DNA from: an uncultured Gammaproteobacteria bacterium
GTDB taxonomy: Bacteria > Patescibacteriota > Patescibacteriia > SBBC01 > CAIJZX01
Length of the DNA stretch: 64,000 nucleotides
Assembly: GCA_964518425.1 (NCBI GenBank)
Contig: CAZFGG010000001.1
Location: 54,597 to 118,596 of the forward strand
Direction of reading: 5' to 3'
Positions 1-11,609 of the stretch are shown here, one piece after another. The notes beneath the pieces are model-generated. The model made no database searches. It had not been told where the DNA came from and saw only the letters and a list, made by a program, of their open reading frames with translations. Position 1 is the stretch's first letter. The number at the start of each line of letters is the position of its first letter. The translations under genes and the position numbers were made by a program.

Positions 1-2
1 GG

Positions 3-2425
<2,423 letters not shown>

Positions 2426-2429
<4 letters not shown>

Positions 2430-3046
2430 GGCGCCGGTCGTCAGAAATGCTGGCGAGCCACGAGATGTTTGCCTACCCCACCGAATCTTTCTACGCCCTT
2501 GGTGTTGATGCGACAAATCCGCTGGCTATCCGTCAATTGTTCCACCTGAAACATCGGGAGAAGGGGAAGCCAATCGCGCTTATTGCAGGGGATCTGGAGC
2601 AAGTCAGAAAGTTTTTTTACTTGTCGAAGGAAGAATCAAAACTAGCAAGGAAATACTGGCCCGGGGCGATGACGATATTGTTGCGGCCCAAGAAACAAAT
2701 CGCGGCGCGGGCGCTGGTTGGGACCACCCCGTCCCGTCATCCGGCGGGCCACCCCTCCTTTGCTAAGGAGGGGACGTTATGGGGTCCGCGCCGCATCGGC
2801 GTGCGTGTTCCAGCCCACGCCCAAGCGAGGGCGCTGGCGATGTCTATTGGCGCACCCATCACCGCCACGAGTGCCAACATCTCCGGCCAACCACCGACGA
2901 AATTAGCGGCCAAGGTGAAAAAGGATTTTCCTGGTATACTGGTCATGTCCGGCCGCTGCGGCCGGTTGCGCCAGCCCTCAACAGTTATCGAAATGCGAAA
3001 AAGCAAAATTCATATCCTCCGTCATGGCAGCGTCCATCTTTCGTAA
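2426..3046 (+). CDS. tsaC: L-threonylcarbamoyladenylate synthase (TsaC/YrdC/Sua5 family)
   Basis: YPTESFYALG, LKHR..KP, WPGAMT, IGVRVP, TATSANISG and PSTVI motifs; GTG start overlaps the leuS stop. Confidence 0.93.
2723..2774. repeat. REP-like double-hairpin element inserted in frame in tsaC
   Basis: accaccccgt followed by cccgtc-atcc-ggcggg, then a perfect 9-bp stem cccctcctt(2752-2760)-tgct-aaggagggg(2765-2773). Confidence 0.65.
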
Positions 3047-4196
3047 GTTTTCCCACTTCACGCCCCACTACTTCCAGAAGCACTTGAGTCGGCAACTCGA
3101 GGAGCTCTATGCGTCCGTGGCGATTTTAGATTTCGCCTTGGCCGCGGTGGCATTATTCGAACCGGTCTATATCTACCAACTCGGCTACTCGCTCCAGCAT
3201 GTTTTGTTGTTCTTCCTGATGACCTACGCCGCCTATTTCTTTACCTTACCGCTGGGTGGAAAATTCGTGGCCCGATTCGGACCAGAACGGAGTATTGCTC
3301 TCAGCACAATCCTCCTCGTCGGCTACTACGGTGGCTTAATGTTACTGAAATCGGTTGATTGGATGTTTTGGGTGACGCCATTTTTCCTGACGTTACAAAA
3401 AACGTTTTACTGGCCGGCCTATCACACGGATTTTATCCTGACCTCGGACCAGGGCCAGCGGGGGAAGGAGTTCTCTGGACTGTGGTCATTGTCGATCCTG
3501 ATGAACATCATTGGGCCATTAGTCGGAGGAATCGTTGTCACGACACTCGGATTTCCCACGCTTTTCCTTGGTGTTATCGCAGTCATTATCCTGTCGAACA
3601 TTCCGCTCTTCGTTCAACCGATTAACCATATTCCCCAGCCCTACTCGTACTGGCAGAGCCTGATCATGCCCTTCCAACGTCGCCACATCAAAACCACCTT
3701 GGCCTACTTAGGTTTTGGCGAGGAATTCGTTATGCAATTCGTCTGGCCGATTTTCATTGTCTTGGTGGTCAAAAGCTACGTCGAATTCGGTGGATTGATT
3801 GCCCTGGCCACGCTCGTCACGGCTTTTGCCACGTTGTACATTGGCAAAGTCGTTGATCGGAACCAACCCCGTCGGGCCCTGGCTTGGGGCACGATCGTCA
3901 CCGCTGTCGTCTGGCTGACCCGGCCATTCATGAAATTGGTGGCGCCGGTCCTGATCAGTGATACGCTCGGCCGGATTGCCAAGAACACGACGTTTGTTCC
4001 CATGACCGCGATGACTTACGAACGAGCTCTTCAAGAAAAGAATATCATTCCGCGGGCCGTGTTCTACGAACAAGGTTTCGCCTTGGCCAAATCGCTGGCG
4101 CCGGCACTGATCATCGTGGCCAGCCTCATCATGCCGACGTTCACCGCTGCCTTCATCATTGCTGGCGTTGTCAGCTTGCTCTATTTCTTGCTCTAG
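3024..4196 (+). CDS. MFS-type transporter
   Basis: 390 aa with ~12 hydrophobic segments; GKFVARFGPERS and GKVVDRNQPRR resemble MFS motif A. Confidence 0.85.
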   Translation: MAASIFRKFSHFTPHYFQKHLSRQLEELYASVAILDFALAAVALFEPVYIYQLGYSLQHVLLFFLMTYAAYFFTLPLGGKFVARFGPERSIALSTILLVGYYGGLMLLKSVDWMFWVTPFFLTLQKTFYWPAYHTDFILTSDQGQRGKEFSGLWSLSILMNIIGPLVGGIVVTTLGFPTLFLGVIAVIILSNIPLFVQPINHIPQPYSYWQSLIMPFQRRHIKTTLAYLGFGEEFVMQFVWPIFIVLVVKSYVEFGGLIALATLVTAFATLYIGKVVDRNQPRRALAWGTIVTAVVWLTRPFMKLVAPVLISDTLGRIAKNTTFVPMTAMTYERALQEKNIIPRAVFYEQGFALAKSLAPALIIVASLIMPTFTAAFIIAGVVSLLYFLL

Positions 4197-4197
4197 C

Positions 4198-5013
4198 ATG
4201 ACGACCGAACAGGTTCAGCGAATTGTAAAAAAAATTGGTCTCCGTCCGCAACAAGCCGCTGGACAGAATTTTTTGCTTGACCGTTCCGTTGCCGCCAGCA
4301 TGGTCAGCGCAGCCGACATCACGAGCAACGACACGGTGCTGGAAATTGGAGCAGGCTTAGGAATATTAACCGAGGAGCTCTTAGCGGCCGGCGCGAACGT
4401 CATTGCGATCGAACTTGATCATCGTTTAGCCGCATATCTCGAACGAAAGTTTTCCGGGCAGCCAAAACTGAGACTGATCGAAAGCGACATCTTCAAAGTG
4501 AATTTGCCCACCCTGCTTCGGGATGGTCAGTACAAGCTGGTCGCAAATTTGCCGTACAGCGCCACGTCACTCGTCTTTCGCAACTTCTTATCGCTAGCAC
4601 CCCGCCCGTCATCGCTGACGGTCATGATTCAAGCTGAGGTGGCTGAACGGATTACTGCTGAACCAGGCCAACTCAGCGTTTTGGCGGTCATGGTCCAGTC
4701 TTACAGCCAGGTCGAAAGACTCTTTGATGTTCCGCCGGCCAGTTTTTACCCAGCCCCGAGTGTCCAATCGGCTGTAGTCTATTGCCACGACCTCCGCCCA
4801 GTCAACCCCGAGGTTGACAAACAACTTTTCCGGCTTGTCCGAGCTGGCTTTGCTGCCCGACGAAAATTCGTCGTCAAGAACTTAGCCGCGGTTACCCATC
4901 GCCCGGTCGAAGAAATAGCTCAAGGTATTGAGTCTCTAGGCCTAAAAACAACGGTCCGGGCACAAGAAATTCCGGTTGAACTCTGGCCAAAAATTCAGAA
5001 AATTCTGAGTTGA
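4198..5013 (+). CDS. rsmA: 16S rRNA adenine dimethyltransferase RsmA/KsgA
   Basis: GQNFL, VLEIGAGLG, VANLPY, MIQAEVAERI, FYPAPSVQSAV and FAARRK motifs; ATG at 4198 just after the MFS stop. Confidence 0.96.
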   Translation: MTTEQVQRIVKKIGLRPQQAAGQNFLLDRSVAASMVSAADITSNDTVLEIGAGLGILTEELLAAGANVIAIELDHRLAAYLERKFSGQPKLRLIESDIFKVNLPTLLRDGQYKLVANLPYSATSLVFRNFLSLAPRPSSLTVMIQAEVAERITAEPGQLSVLAVMVQSYSQVERLFDVPPASFYPAPSVQSAVVYCHDLRPVNPEVDKQLFRLVRAGFAARRKFVVKNLAAVTHRPVEEIAQGIESLGLKTTVRAQEIPVELWPKIQKILS

Positions 5014-5038
5014 CGAATGATCAAAACTCTGCTATAGT
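5010..5038 (+). promoter_or_regulatory. Sigma70-type promoter for the giant-protein operon
   Basis: TTGACG(5010-5015), 17-nt spacer, TATAGT(5033-5038) with extended TG. Confidence 0.6.
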
Positions 5039-5192
5039 AAAAGAGCTTTTTTTATGATATTTGAGGCTAAAATCGCCTGGGGAAAACTTCAAAGAATTTT
5101 GTGAAGATCAAGACCTACAATCACACGTATTTTTCGAAAAATAATGGAGGCGCTACGTTTATTGGTCAGCGCTGATTTCTTTTACTGTTGCC

Positions 5193-5969
5193 ATGTCATT
5201 CCTGTCCCGAATTCGTCAGGCCACGACCAATGGCGTTGTGCACGTGGGACAAGGAACAACACCGCATCAATCACTCGACAGCCCGAAAGCTTTCCGTCTG
5301 GTCGCCGCGATTGCGGCGGTCACCATCATCGGTAGTGGCTGGCTCGTGGCGCACAGTATCCGGAATGCCACCCGCGCACCAGTTGCTACCGTCACCAATA
5401 ACAGCGCTATCGTTCAACTGAATGCACTGAAGCAAAAAGATACCGACGGTGACGGACTGTCCGACTACGACGAGCTCTTTTCATACCACACCAGTCCCTA
5501 CCTGAAAGATAGTGATGGTGACGGCGTCCCAGATAGTCAGGAGGTAGACAAAGGATCAGATCCGAATTGTCCGCAGGGAAAAATCTGTTCGTCATTTACC
5601 CTGCTGACCTCACCGGTTGACGCTAACGGCAACCTGACCCCAGCTTTCCTGAGACAAGCCCTGAAAGATGCTGGCGTGCCACAAGCTCAACTTGATAAAA
5701 CCGATGACGCGACCCTTCTAAAAATTTATCAAAGCGTCGTTGGTCAGGCACCGGTGACGAATACGAACCAAGTTGCGACCAACACGAATAACACGCAAAA
5801 CACGAATGTTTCTTCCTCGCTCAGCCAGTTCACGAATCTCTCGGCCGCCGATATCCGACAACTTCTCATTAAGAACGGTGTCGATCAGAGTGTTCTGAAC
5901 AGCGTCGACGACGCCACGTTGAAACAAATTTTCCAGCAAGCCTACCAATCCAACCAGACTACTCCGTAA
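5193..5969 (+). CDS. Membrane-anchored protein with Ca-binding DxDGDG (bacterial thrombospondin type 3-like) repeats
   Basis: One N-terminal TM; DTDGDGLSDYDE and DSDGDGVPDSQE; two repeated helical units (LRQALKDAGV...DDATL and IRQLLIKNGV...DDATL). Confidence 0.8.
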   Translation: MSFLSRIRQATTNGVVHVGQGTTPHQSLDSPKAFRLVAAIAAVTIIGSGWLVAHSIRNATRAPVATVTNNSAIVQLNALKQKDTDGDGLSDYDELFSYHTSPYLKDSDGDGVPDSQEVDKGSDPNCPQGKICSSFTLLTSPVDANGNLTPAFLRQALKDAGVPQAQLDKTDDATLLKIYQSVVGQAPVTNTNQVATNTNNTQNTNVSSSLSQFTNLSAADIRQLLIKNGVDQSVLNSVDDATLKQIFQQAYQSNQTTP

Positions 5970-5972
5970 GGC

Positions 5973-8900
5973 ATGTCCCGTCGCTCTCGCTTCATCTTCA
6001 TCTTGTTGACCAGCTTCATCCTGCTGGGCCAATTTGGATTTTCCGTTCGACCAGCCCAGGCCATTCTGGGAGTTGGCGATGTAACATTTAACACAACGGT
6101 TGAGGATATCCCTCGTAAAATTGCGGCGACAATAACGAAGGTCACCGACACGCTCAAAGGGAAACTGAAGACGGTGACTGACATCACATTTAAAAATTCA
6201 TTACAGCTCTTCACTAGCCGGTTGCTTCGAGAAGCGGCCACCCAAATCGCGACGGCTGGCCCTGGACAAAAACCACTCTTCCTGACGAATCCGAAGACCT
6301 TCTTCCGAAATGTCGCTAACTCAGCGGCCGGAGATTACATCGATAATTTTACCCGTGGCATTACCGGACAAACCGCGGCCTCGGTCGGCTCAACACGGAC
6401 GCGCTTTCTCATTTCCCGATTCTTGCGATCCTCACTTCCGAACCCGCTCAATTCCTGTCAGGACGATTGTCGAACGAACTACTCCGTCCGTTCGGACTTT
6501 TCACCCGGCGTCAGTAAACGCCCATCCGCGGAAAACGACCACGAAACAAAAATCAACGATGTCTTGGGCGTGTATCAAGACATTAACGGGAGTACCGTGC
6601 AACTTGCCAGTACTGATCCGAATCAACTGATGACTTGCCGCGAGGTCAACACGAAAGTCCCGTTCACCGGCAGTGTCCAACCCTACATTATCTCGCCGGG
6701 ATACCCTGGTACCCAGACCATTCCTCAAATCCAGGCCCAGCAATGTAAAAACCATCAAGAAGAAGCGATCAATAATGAAAAATCTGACGCCTACGCTGAA
6801 ACACTGCAGTGTTACAAAGACTGCCAAAACGGTTTAGCCGGCGTCGCAACCGGGGCCATCAACGCAGCTACGGCGACTGATGTTTTCACCGCAGTCAATA
6901 ACATTGAACCATCAAAAGTTCCTGGCGCTATAGCCAACGCCTTGTCCAACGATAAAAGCGATGTTGGGCAACTCCTTGGTGCGTTTGCAGGTTTAACGAC
7001 GGCCGTTCAAGACCGGATCACGGGTGAACAGACCAACCTCCAGCCGAACGTTCTCCCCCGGACGTCGACGGTCAGCGAGCAAGTCGCGAGTCCAAGCACA
7101 GTTACGACAGCGACCTTCTACGGTTTATTCCAAGTCAGTTCCAACGGCCAGTTTGTCTACACCGGCAGCGGTTTAGCTGACATTCTCAAAGGTATCGCTT
7201 CCTTCATCAATAGCCCGATCGGACAACTCTTCACTCAGTCATTCCGTAACAAGTGTGGCTTCAATCCGGATGCCTGTCGCGGACCGTCCAACCCGCAATC
7301 AGCTATCGGCCAACTCTTATTCGGCACAGGACTGCCGAGCGGCATAGCCGGCGCCCAAATCCAATTATCGTCACTTGGTCAACCGCAGTTGATCAGCGGC
7401 AACCCGGGGCAAAACGACATCCCGGTCACCGACCAACTCTCAACGAACGGTTTAATTGATAGTGGCTTCCGACAGGCTATTGAAGAAGAACTAACCGTTC
7501 AAGAAGCGCTGAATAAAAAACTACTCGATAGCCAGAAAGTTTTCGGCTTTGACCGCAACGGTGTTGAGCCACGAGACGGCTATCCGTATCGAGCCTTGCA
7601 GTACCTCCGAAAGTTCCGGGTGATTCCTGTTGGTTGGGAACTGGCGGCCAAGTACAAACAACAATTTGATAACCGTAACCTGACGCTCGGCAAGCTCGTT
7701 AAGGCTTTCAATATTTGTGGCCAAGACCAGCTTCTGGGAACGTGCACCAATGATCCCACTAGAACGTGCGTGACTAATCCAGACTGCACGTTTACACTGC
7801 CAAGCGGGACACAGAGCACTGGGCAATGTACGAATATCAAATTTTCGGGAACCCACGAAGTCTGCACCAATAATCCGGAGCAGGCCTGTCAGCTCGATGC
7901 CGATTGTGGTGGCGGCACGTGTGGCGCTAGCCCGTACTGTGGGCTCGTCGATCCGAACTGGGTTTTGAAAGCCCCGCAATCGTTCTGTCGACGACAAGGC
8001 GCAGGCGAAGAAATCTTAACCAAAGAATTCGTCTGTGATGAGAACAACGTTAACGGAACAACGAACGCGTCTATTCCACCGGGAACAATAGCACAACAAG
8101 CTGGTGATTCCGGCTCGCCGAATTGTGTTTTCGATGGGACAAATAACCAACATCCCGATATCGGTCACTGGGTAATCAGCCGCAATACCGATACCTGTGC
8201 TGATGTTCAATCGTGTATCGCCGAGAACGATGACGGATCGTGTATTGCCTACGGATACTGCGTTCAAGAGCGACAAACATTCAAGTTTAGCGGAACGCAG
8301 TGCGACGCTCAGAACGTTTCCTGTACAGCCTATACCGATAGTCAAGGCCAACCGCGAAGTTACCTGGCCAACACCCTTGATTTTCGGAATTGCACGGCCG
8401 ACAACGCTGGTTGTCAGTGGTACTGTCATAAGGTCTGCAGCGACGACCCTTCTCGATCCTGTAGTGTCGATGTCGATTGTGCTACTGGTAGCGGTACAAA
8501 TACGGCCACTTGTACCGGAGGATTTGATGCGAGTACGAACAGTTGGCTCTGCGCTGATCCGACTCTCGCGAACACTCCGGCCACCAACCCAACGATCAAC
8601 TTCACGAATAAAGTTGCGAAATGTGACCAGACGCAAGCTGGTTGCCAACAATACCTGCGAACGACCAATGGCACCAATCTCTTACCGAATAGCGGTTTCG
8701 AAGTCATCACCAATGGTGTCCAGGTTGGCAGCGGGGCTGACGCGATTTATGCCGACTGGCAGAATAGCAGCGGACTCCACGCGGTCCCAGTGACACCCGA
8801 TGACCCATTGATCACAGCCAACAACAGTGTCGCGGTGAACCTCAGCGGCTCAGGGGTGATCAGTCAAACGATAGATACCGGTGCCCATATCTACGAACAG

Positions 8901-11609
8901 ACGTTCACGGCCAGCGTTCGTGCCAAAGCCGCGGCTGCTTGTACCACCCGCCTCATTGTCAGCACGAATCTCGGCGGGAGCAACGTTTCATCCGACCAAA
9001 TGAGCGTCACGACCGATTGGCAGACATTTACGACAACCCTGGTTCTGCCGACGCAGCTCCAAGCTGGTACGGCCGACGACGGAAAAGTCGGCGTGGCCAT
9101 CCAAGTCGGAGGGTGCGCGAATCTCATTATCGATAACGCCCAACTCGAGCACGATGGACCGACGACCTATAAAGATTACGGCGCCATCAACGCTACCTAT
9201 CTCGGGGCCAAGCGCCAACAGTGCACCAAGGAAGATGTCGGCTGCCAACTCTACACCCCAACCGATGGCTCGCCCGCGGTGCCTGGACAAATTCTCAATA
9301 GCAATCGCTGCGACGCGCAAAACGTCGGTTGTAACCTCTACCACCTTGAACCGATCACGACGGTCCCCAAACGCAGCGGCGGAGATGTCACGGTCGTGGC
9401 GACCAAGGGCGAACAGTGCAGCGCCTCTGACGTCGGCTGCGAAGAATATACCAACCTTGATGAGGTGGCGAAAGGCGGCGAAGGGAAAGCCTACTTCAAA
9501 TCGGTGAAACAGTGCGTCAAGCCGAATGGCGACCCGGTCGTTGCCCCGCAGCAAACCTACTACACCTGGGTTGGAGATCCGAAAGCGGGATTTGTGCTCC
9601 GCGCCTATGACTTATTGAAATCAAATCTCGACGGAAACCCCTGCACGAATCTGACCGTTGGAACGGTTGGCACAACCCCGGCTTGTGATGATGCGAACCG
9701 ACCCGACCCGCAAAGCACCCTGTGCAATGCCTCGACCTTCGCTACGAACCCTGACTGTGGTCAGTACTATGATTCCAGTTTGAATGTCTACTACCGTTTG
9801 CGCCAAGCAACGGTCTCGGTCACGCCGGATTGTCATCCTTTCCGAAATACCATTGACCAGGATGATCAGAACGCTAAGAACAATATTTACTACCTGGCGC
9901 CGGAAGAAAATGTCAGCTGTTCAGCCGCCGCCGCTGGCTGCCGGGGCTACACCGGTAATGCGGCCCAGACGAGTCGACAAATTTTCCGCGATGATTTTGA
10001 AACCGCGACAACCAGTAACTGGGTTGGTGGCAGTATTTCCTCGGCCTCAATCAGTTTGGGCGGACATTCCATGCACATCCCTGGTAATAGCGCCGCCTAC
10101 CTGACGACAGCGGCGGTCAAAGGTAAACTTTTCAAGGGGAAGACATACCAGGTGACGCTCTTAGCTGCCGCGGCCAGCTCAACGGCGCCGCAACTCGGTG
10201 TCTGGCTTGGTCCGGTGACGAACGGAAAATTTGATGGTATTACGCCTTTCCAGCGCGATGCTAACGGGAATCCATTGACGGTCACGCCAACCTACAGTTC
10301 CTCGATTACGCCGCCTGGTCCCGAGTGGCACACCTATTCGTTTGGCCTTCTCACACTGACCCGCGATCCGACGAGCCTGACGCTTGGTCTGACTGTTGAT
10401 GGCGGTGACGCCTTCGTTGATAATGTTACCTTAACGGAAATCAACGACAGTCTCTACTTGGTGAGTTCGACAGTCCCGGCCTGTCCGGCCAGCGAGGTTG
10501 GTTGTGCCGCCTACACTGATCGCGATGGAAATACGGTCAACCTTAAATCATTCAGCCGGATCTGCTCGGAACAGGCCGTGAACTGTGAAGCCTTGATTGA
10601 CACGCACAACAGTACGTCGCCTGACGCCGAAACGATTAAAAATATTAGTACGCCGGCTGACAACGTCGTCCAAGTCGTCAATGATCCGGCCGTCAGTTGC
10701 CAAGCCGAAGCTAAGGGCTGTCAGGCCGTGGGCTTGCCAACCTACAATACCGACCACCTCCTGACGGGGTACCAGACGACGTATTTGAAAAATAACCCTG
10801 ACCTCTACTCGACAAACCTCTGTACGGATGGACGGAATGGAACACCGAACGAGCTCTTCTGCAGCGCCTACTCAACCTCGAGCGGGACAGTGGCTTTCTT
10901 CAAAGATCCAACCAATCAGACGTGTGAATTCCGAACGGATAATTCCACAGCTGGGGGACAATGGTATGTCACGGGAACAACGACCTTATGTCCGACGGTC
11001 ACGCCGCCTGAAGTCGGACGACCAGTCGGCGCGTCATGCACGCCGACCTGCGACGGGGGCCAGCGACTAGGCCGGGCCTGCGTCTCGAACGCTGACTGCC
11101 CGAGTGCAAAATGTACTGGCGACGCTGCGACGACCGGGCGGATTAATGACGGCTCCGGCAAAGCAATTATTGGTCAGTGCGGCTCGGATAGCAATTGCTT
11201 GGGCGGTAATAAGTGTCTGTACCAGGTTGGGACCTGTCCAGCCGAACAGAATTCCTGTACCGAATACCGCGACCCCACTGATCCAAAGAGTTGCCGCTCG
11301 GAATGTCCACTTGTTCAACAAGGGGGCAGCGCGGTCTTCGTAGACAGCACCTGTACCCCGACGGTCTGTCAGGGTGGCGACCAGGCGGGCAAAGGTTGCC
11401 AAACGAGCACCGATTGCAGCGGCGGAGGACAATGCGTTGGATTTGGCAGCACCCCGGCACTCGGCGCCCCTGGTTGCCGGCCATATTACTACCTGAGCTC
11501 GAGCGTCGAAGACACGGCCAAAGAGTGTAATGGCCAGGTCAACTTAGCTACCGGTTGCCGTCCATTCAATGATACCTTAAACCCAGTCCTTAACTTCCGC
11601 GGCCAATGA
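5973..11609 (+). CDS. Giant exported cysteine-rich protein (1878 aa) with CBM-like jelly-roll domains
   Basis: Signal peptide ending PAQA; many C-x(4-7)-GC repeats; NLLPNSGFE...IDNAQLE and DDFE...FVDNVTL carbohydrate-binding-like segments. Confidence 0.85.
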   Translation: MSRRSRFIFILLTSFILLGQFGFSVRPAQAILGVGDVTFNTTVEDIPRKIAATITKVTDTLKGKLKTVTDITFKNSLQLFTSRLLREAATQIATAGPGQKPLFLTNPKTFFRNVANSAAGDYIDNFTRGITGQTAASVGSTRTRFLISRFLRSSLPNPLNSCQDDCRTNYSVRSDFSPGVSKRPSAENDHETKINDVLGVYQDINGSTVQLASTDPNQLMTCREVNTKVPFTGSVQPYIISPGYPGTQTIPQIQAQQCKNHQEEAINNEKSDAYAETLQCYKDCQNGLAGVATGAINAATATDVFTAVNNIEPSKVPGAIANALSNDKSDVGQLLGAFAGLTTAVQDRITGEQTNLQPNVLPRTSTVSEQVASPSTVTTATFYGLFQVSSNGQFVYTGSGLADILKGIASFINSPIGQLFTQSFRNKCGFNPDACRGPSNPQSAIGQLLFGTGLPSGIAGAQIQLSSLGQPQLISGNPGQNDIPVTDQLSTNGLIDSGFRQAIEEELTVQEALNKKLLDSQKVFGFDRNGVEPRDGYPYRALQYLRKFRVIPVGWELAAKYKQQFDNRNLTLGKLVKAFNICGQDQLLGTCTNDPTRTCVTNPDCTFTLPSGTQSTGQCTNIKFSGTHEVCTNNPEQACQLDADCGGGTCGASPYCGLVDPNWVLKAPQSFCRRQGAGEEILTKEFVCDENNVNGTTNASIPPGTIAQQAGDSGSPNCVFDGTNNQHPDIGHWVISRNTDTCADVQSCIAENDDGSCIAYGYCVQERQTFKFSGTQCDAQNVSCTAYTDSQGQPRSYLANTLDFRNCTADNAGCQWYCHKVCSDDPSRSCSVDVDCATGSGTNTATCTGGFDASTNSWLCADPTLANTPATNPTINFTNKVAKCDQTQAGCQQYLRTTNGTNLLPNSGFEVITNGVQVGSGADAIYADWQNSSGLHAVPVTPDDPLITANNSVAVNLSGSGVISQTIDTGAHIYEQTFTASVRAKAAAACTTRLIVSTNLGGSNVSSDQMSVTTDWQTFTTTLVLPTQLQAGTADDGKVGVAIQVGGCANLIIDNAQLEHDGPTTYKDYGAINATYLGAKRQQCTKEDVGCQLYTPTDGSPAVPGQILNSNRCDAQNVGCNLYHLEPITTVPKRSGGDVTVVATKGEQCSASDVGCEEYTNLDEVAKGGEGKAYFKSVKQCVKPNGDPVVAPQQTYYTWVGDPKAGFVLRAYDLLKSNLDGNPCTNLTVGTVGTTPACDDANRPDPQSTLCNASTFATNPDCGQYYDSSLNVYYRLRQATVSVTPDCHPFRNTIDQDDQNAKNNIYYLAPEENVSCSAAAAGCRGYTGNAAQTSRQIFRDDFETATTSNWVGGSISSASISLGGHSMHIPGNSAAYLTTAAVKGKLFKGKTYQVTLLAAAASSTAPQLGVWLGPVTNGKFDGITPFQRDANGNPLTVTPTYSSSITPPGPEWHTYSFGLLTLTRDPTSLTLGLTVDGGDAFVDNVTLTEINDSLYLVSSTVPACPASEVGCAAYTDRDGNTVNLKSFSRICSEQAVNCEALIDTHNSTSPDAETIKNISTPADNVVQVVNDPAVSCQAEAKGCQAVGLPTYNTDHLLTGYQTTYLKNNPDLYSTNLCTDGRNGTPNELFCSAYSTSSGTVAFFKDPTNQTCEFRTDNSTAGGQWYVTGTTTLCPTVTPPEVGRPVGASCTPTCDGGQRLGRACVSNADCPSAKCTGDAATTGRINDGSGKAIIGQCGSDSNCLGGNKCLYQVGTCPAEQNSCTEYRDPTDPKSCRSECPLVQQGGSAVFVDSTCTPTVCQGGDQAGKGCQTSTDCSGGGQCVGFGSTPALGAPGCRPYYYLSSSVEDTAKECNGQVNLATGCRPFNDTLNPVLNFRGQ

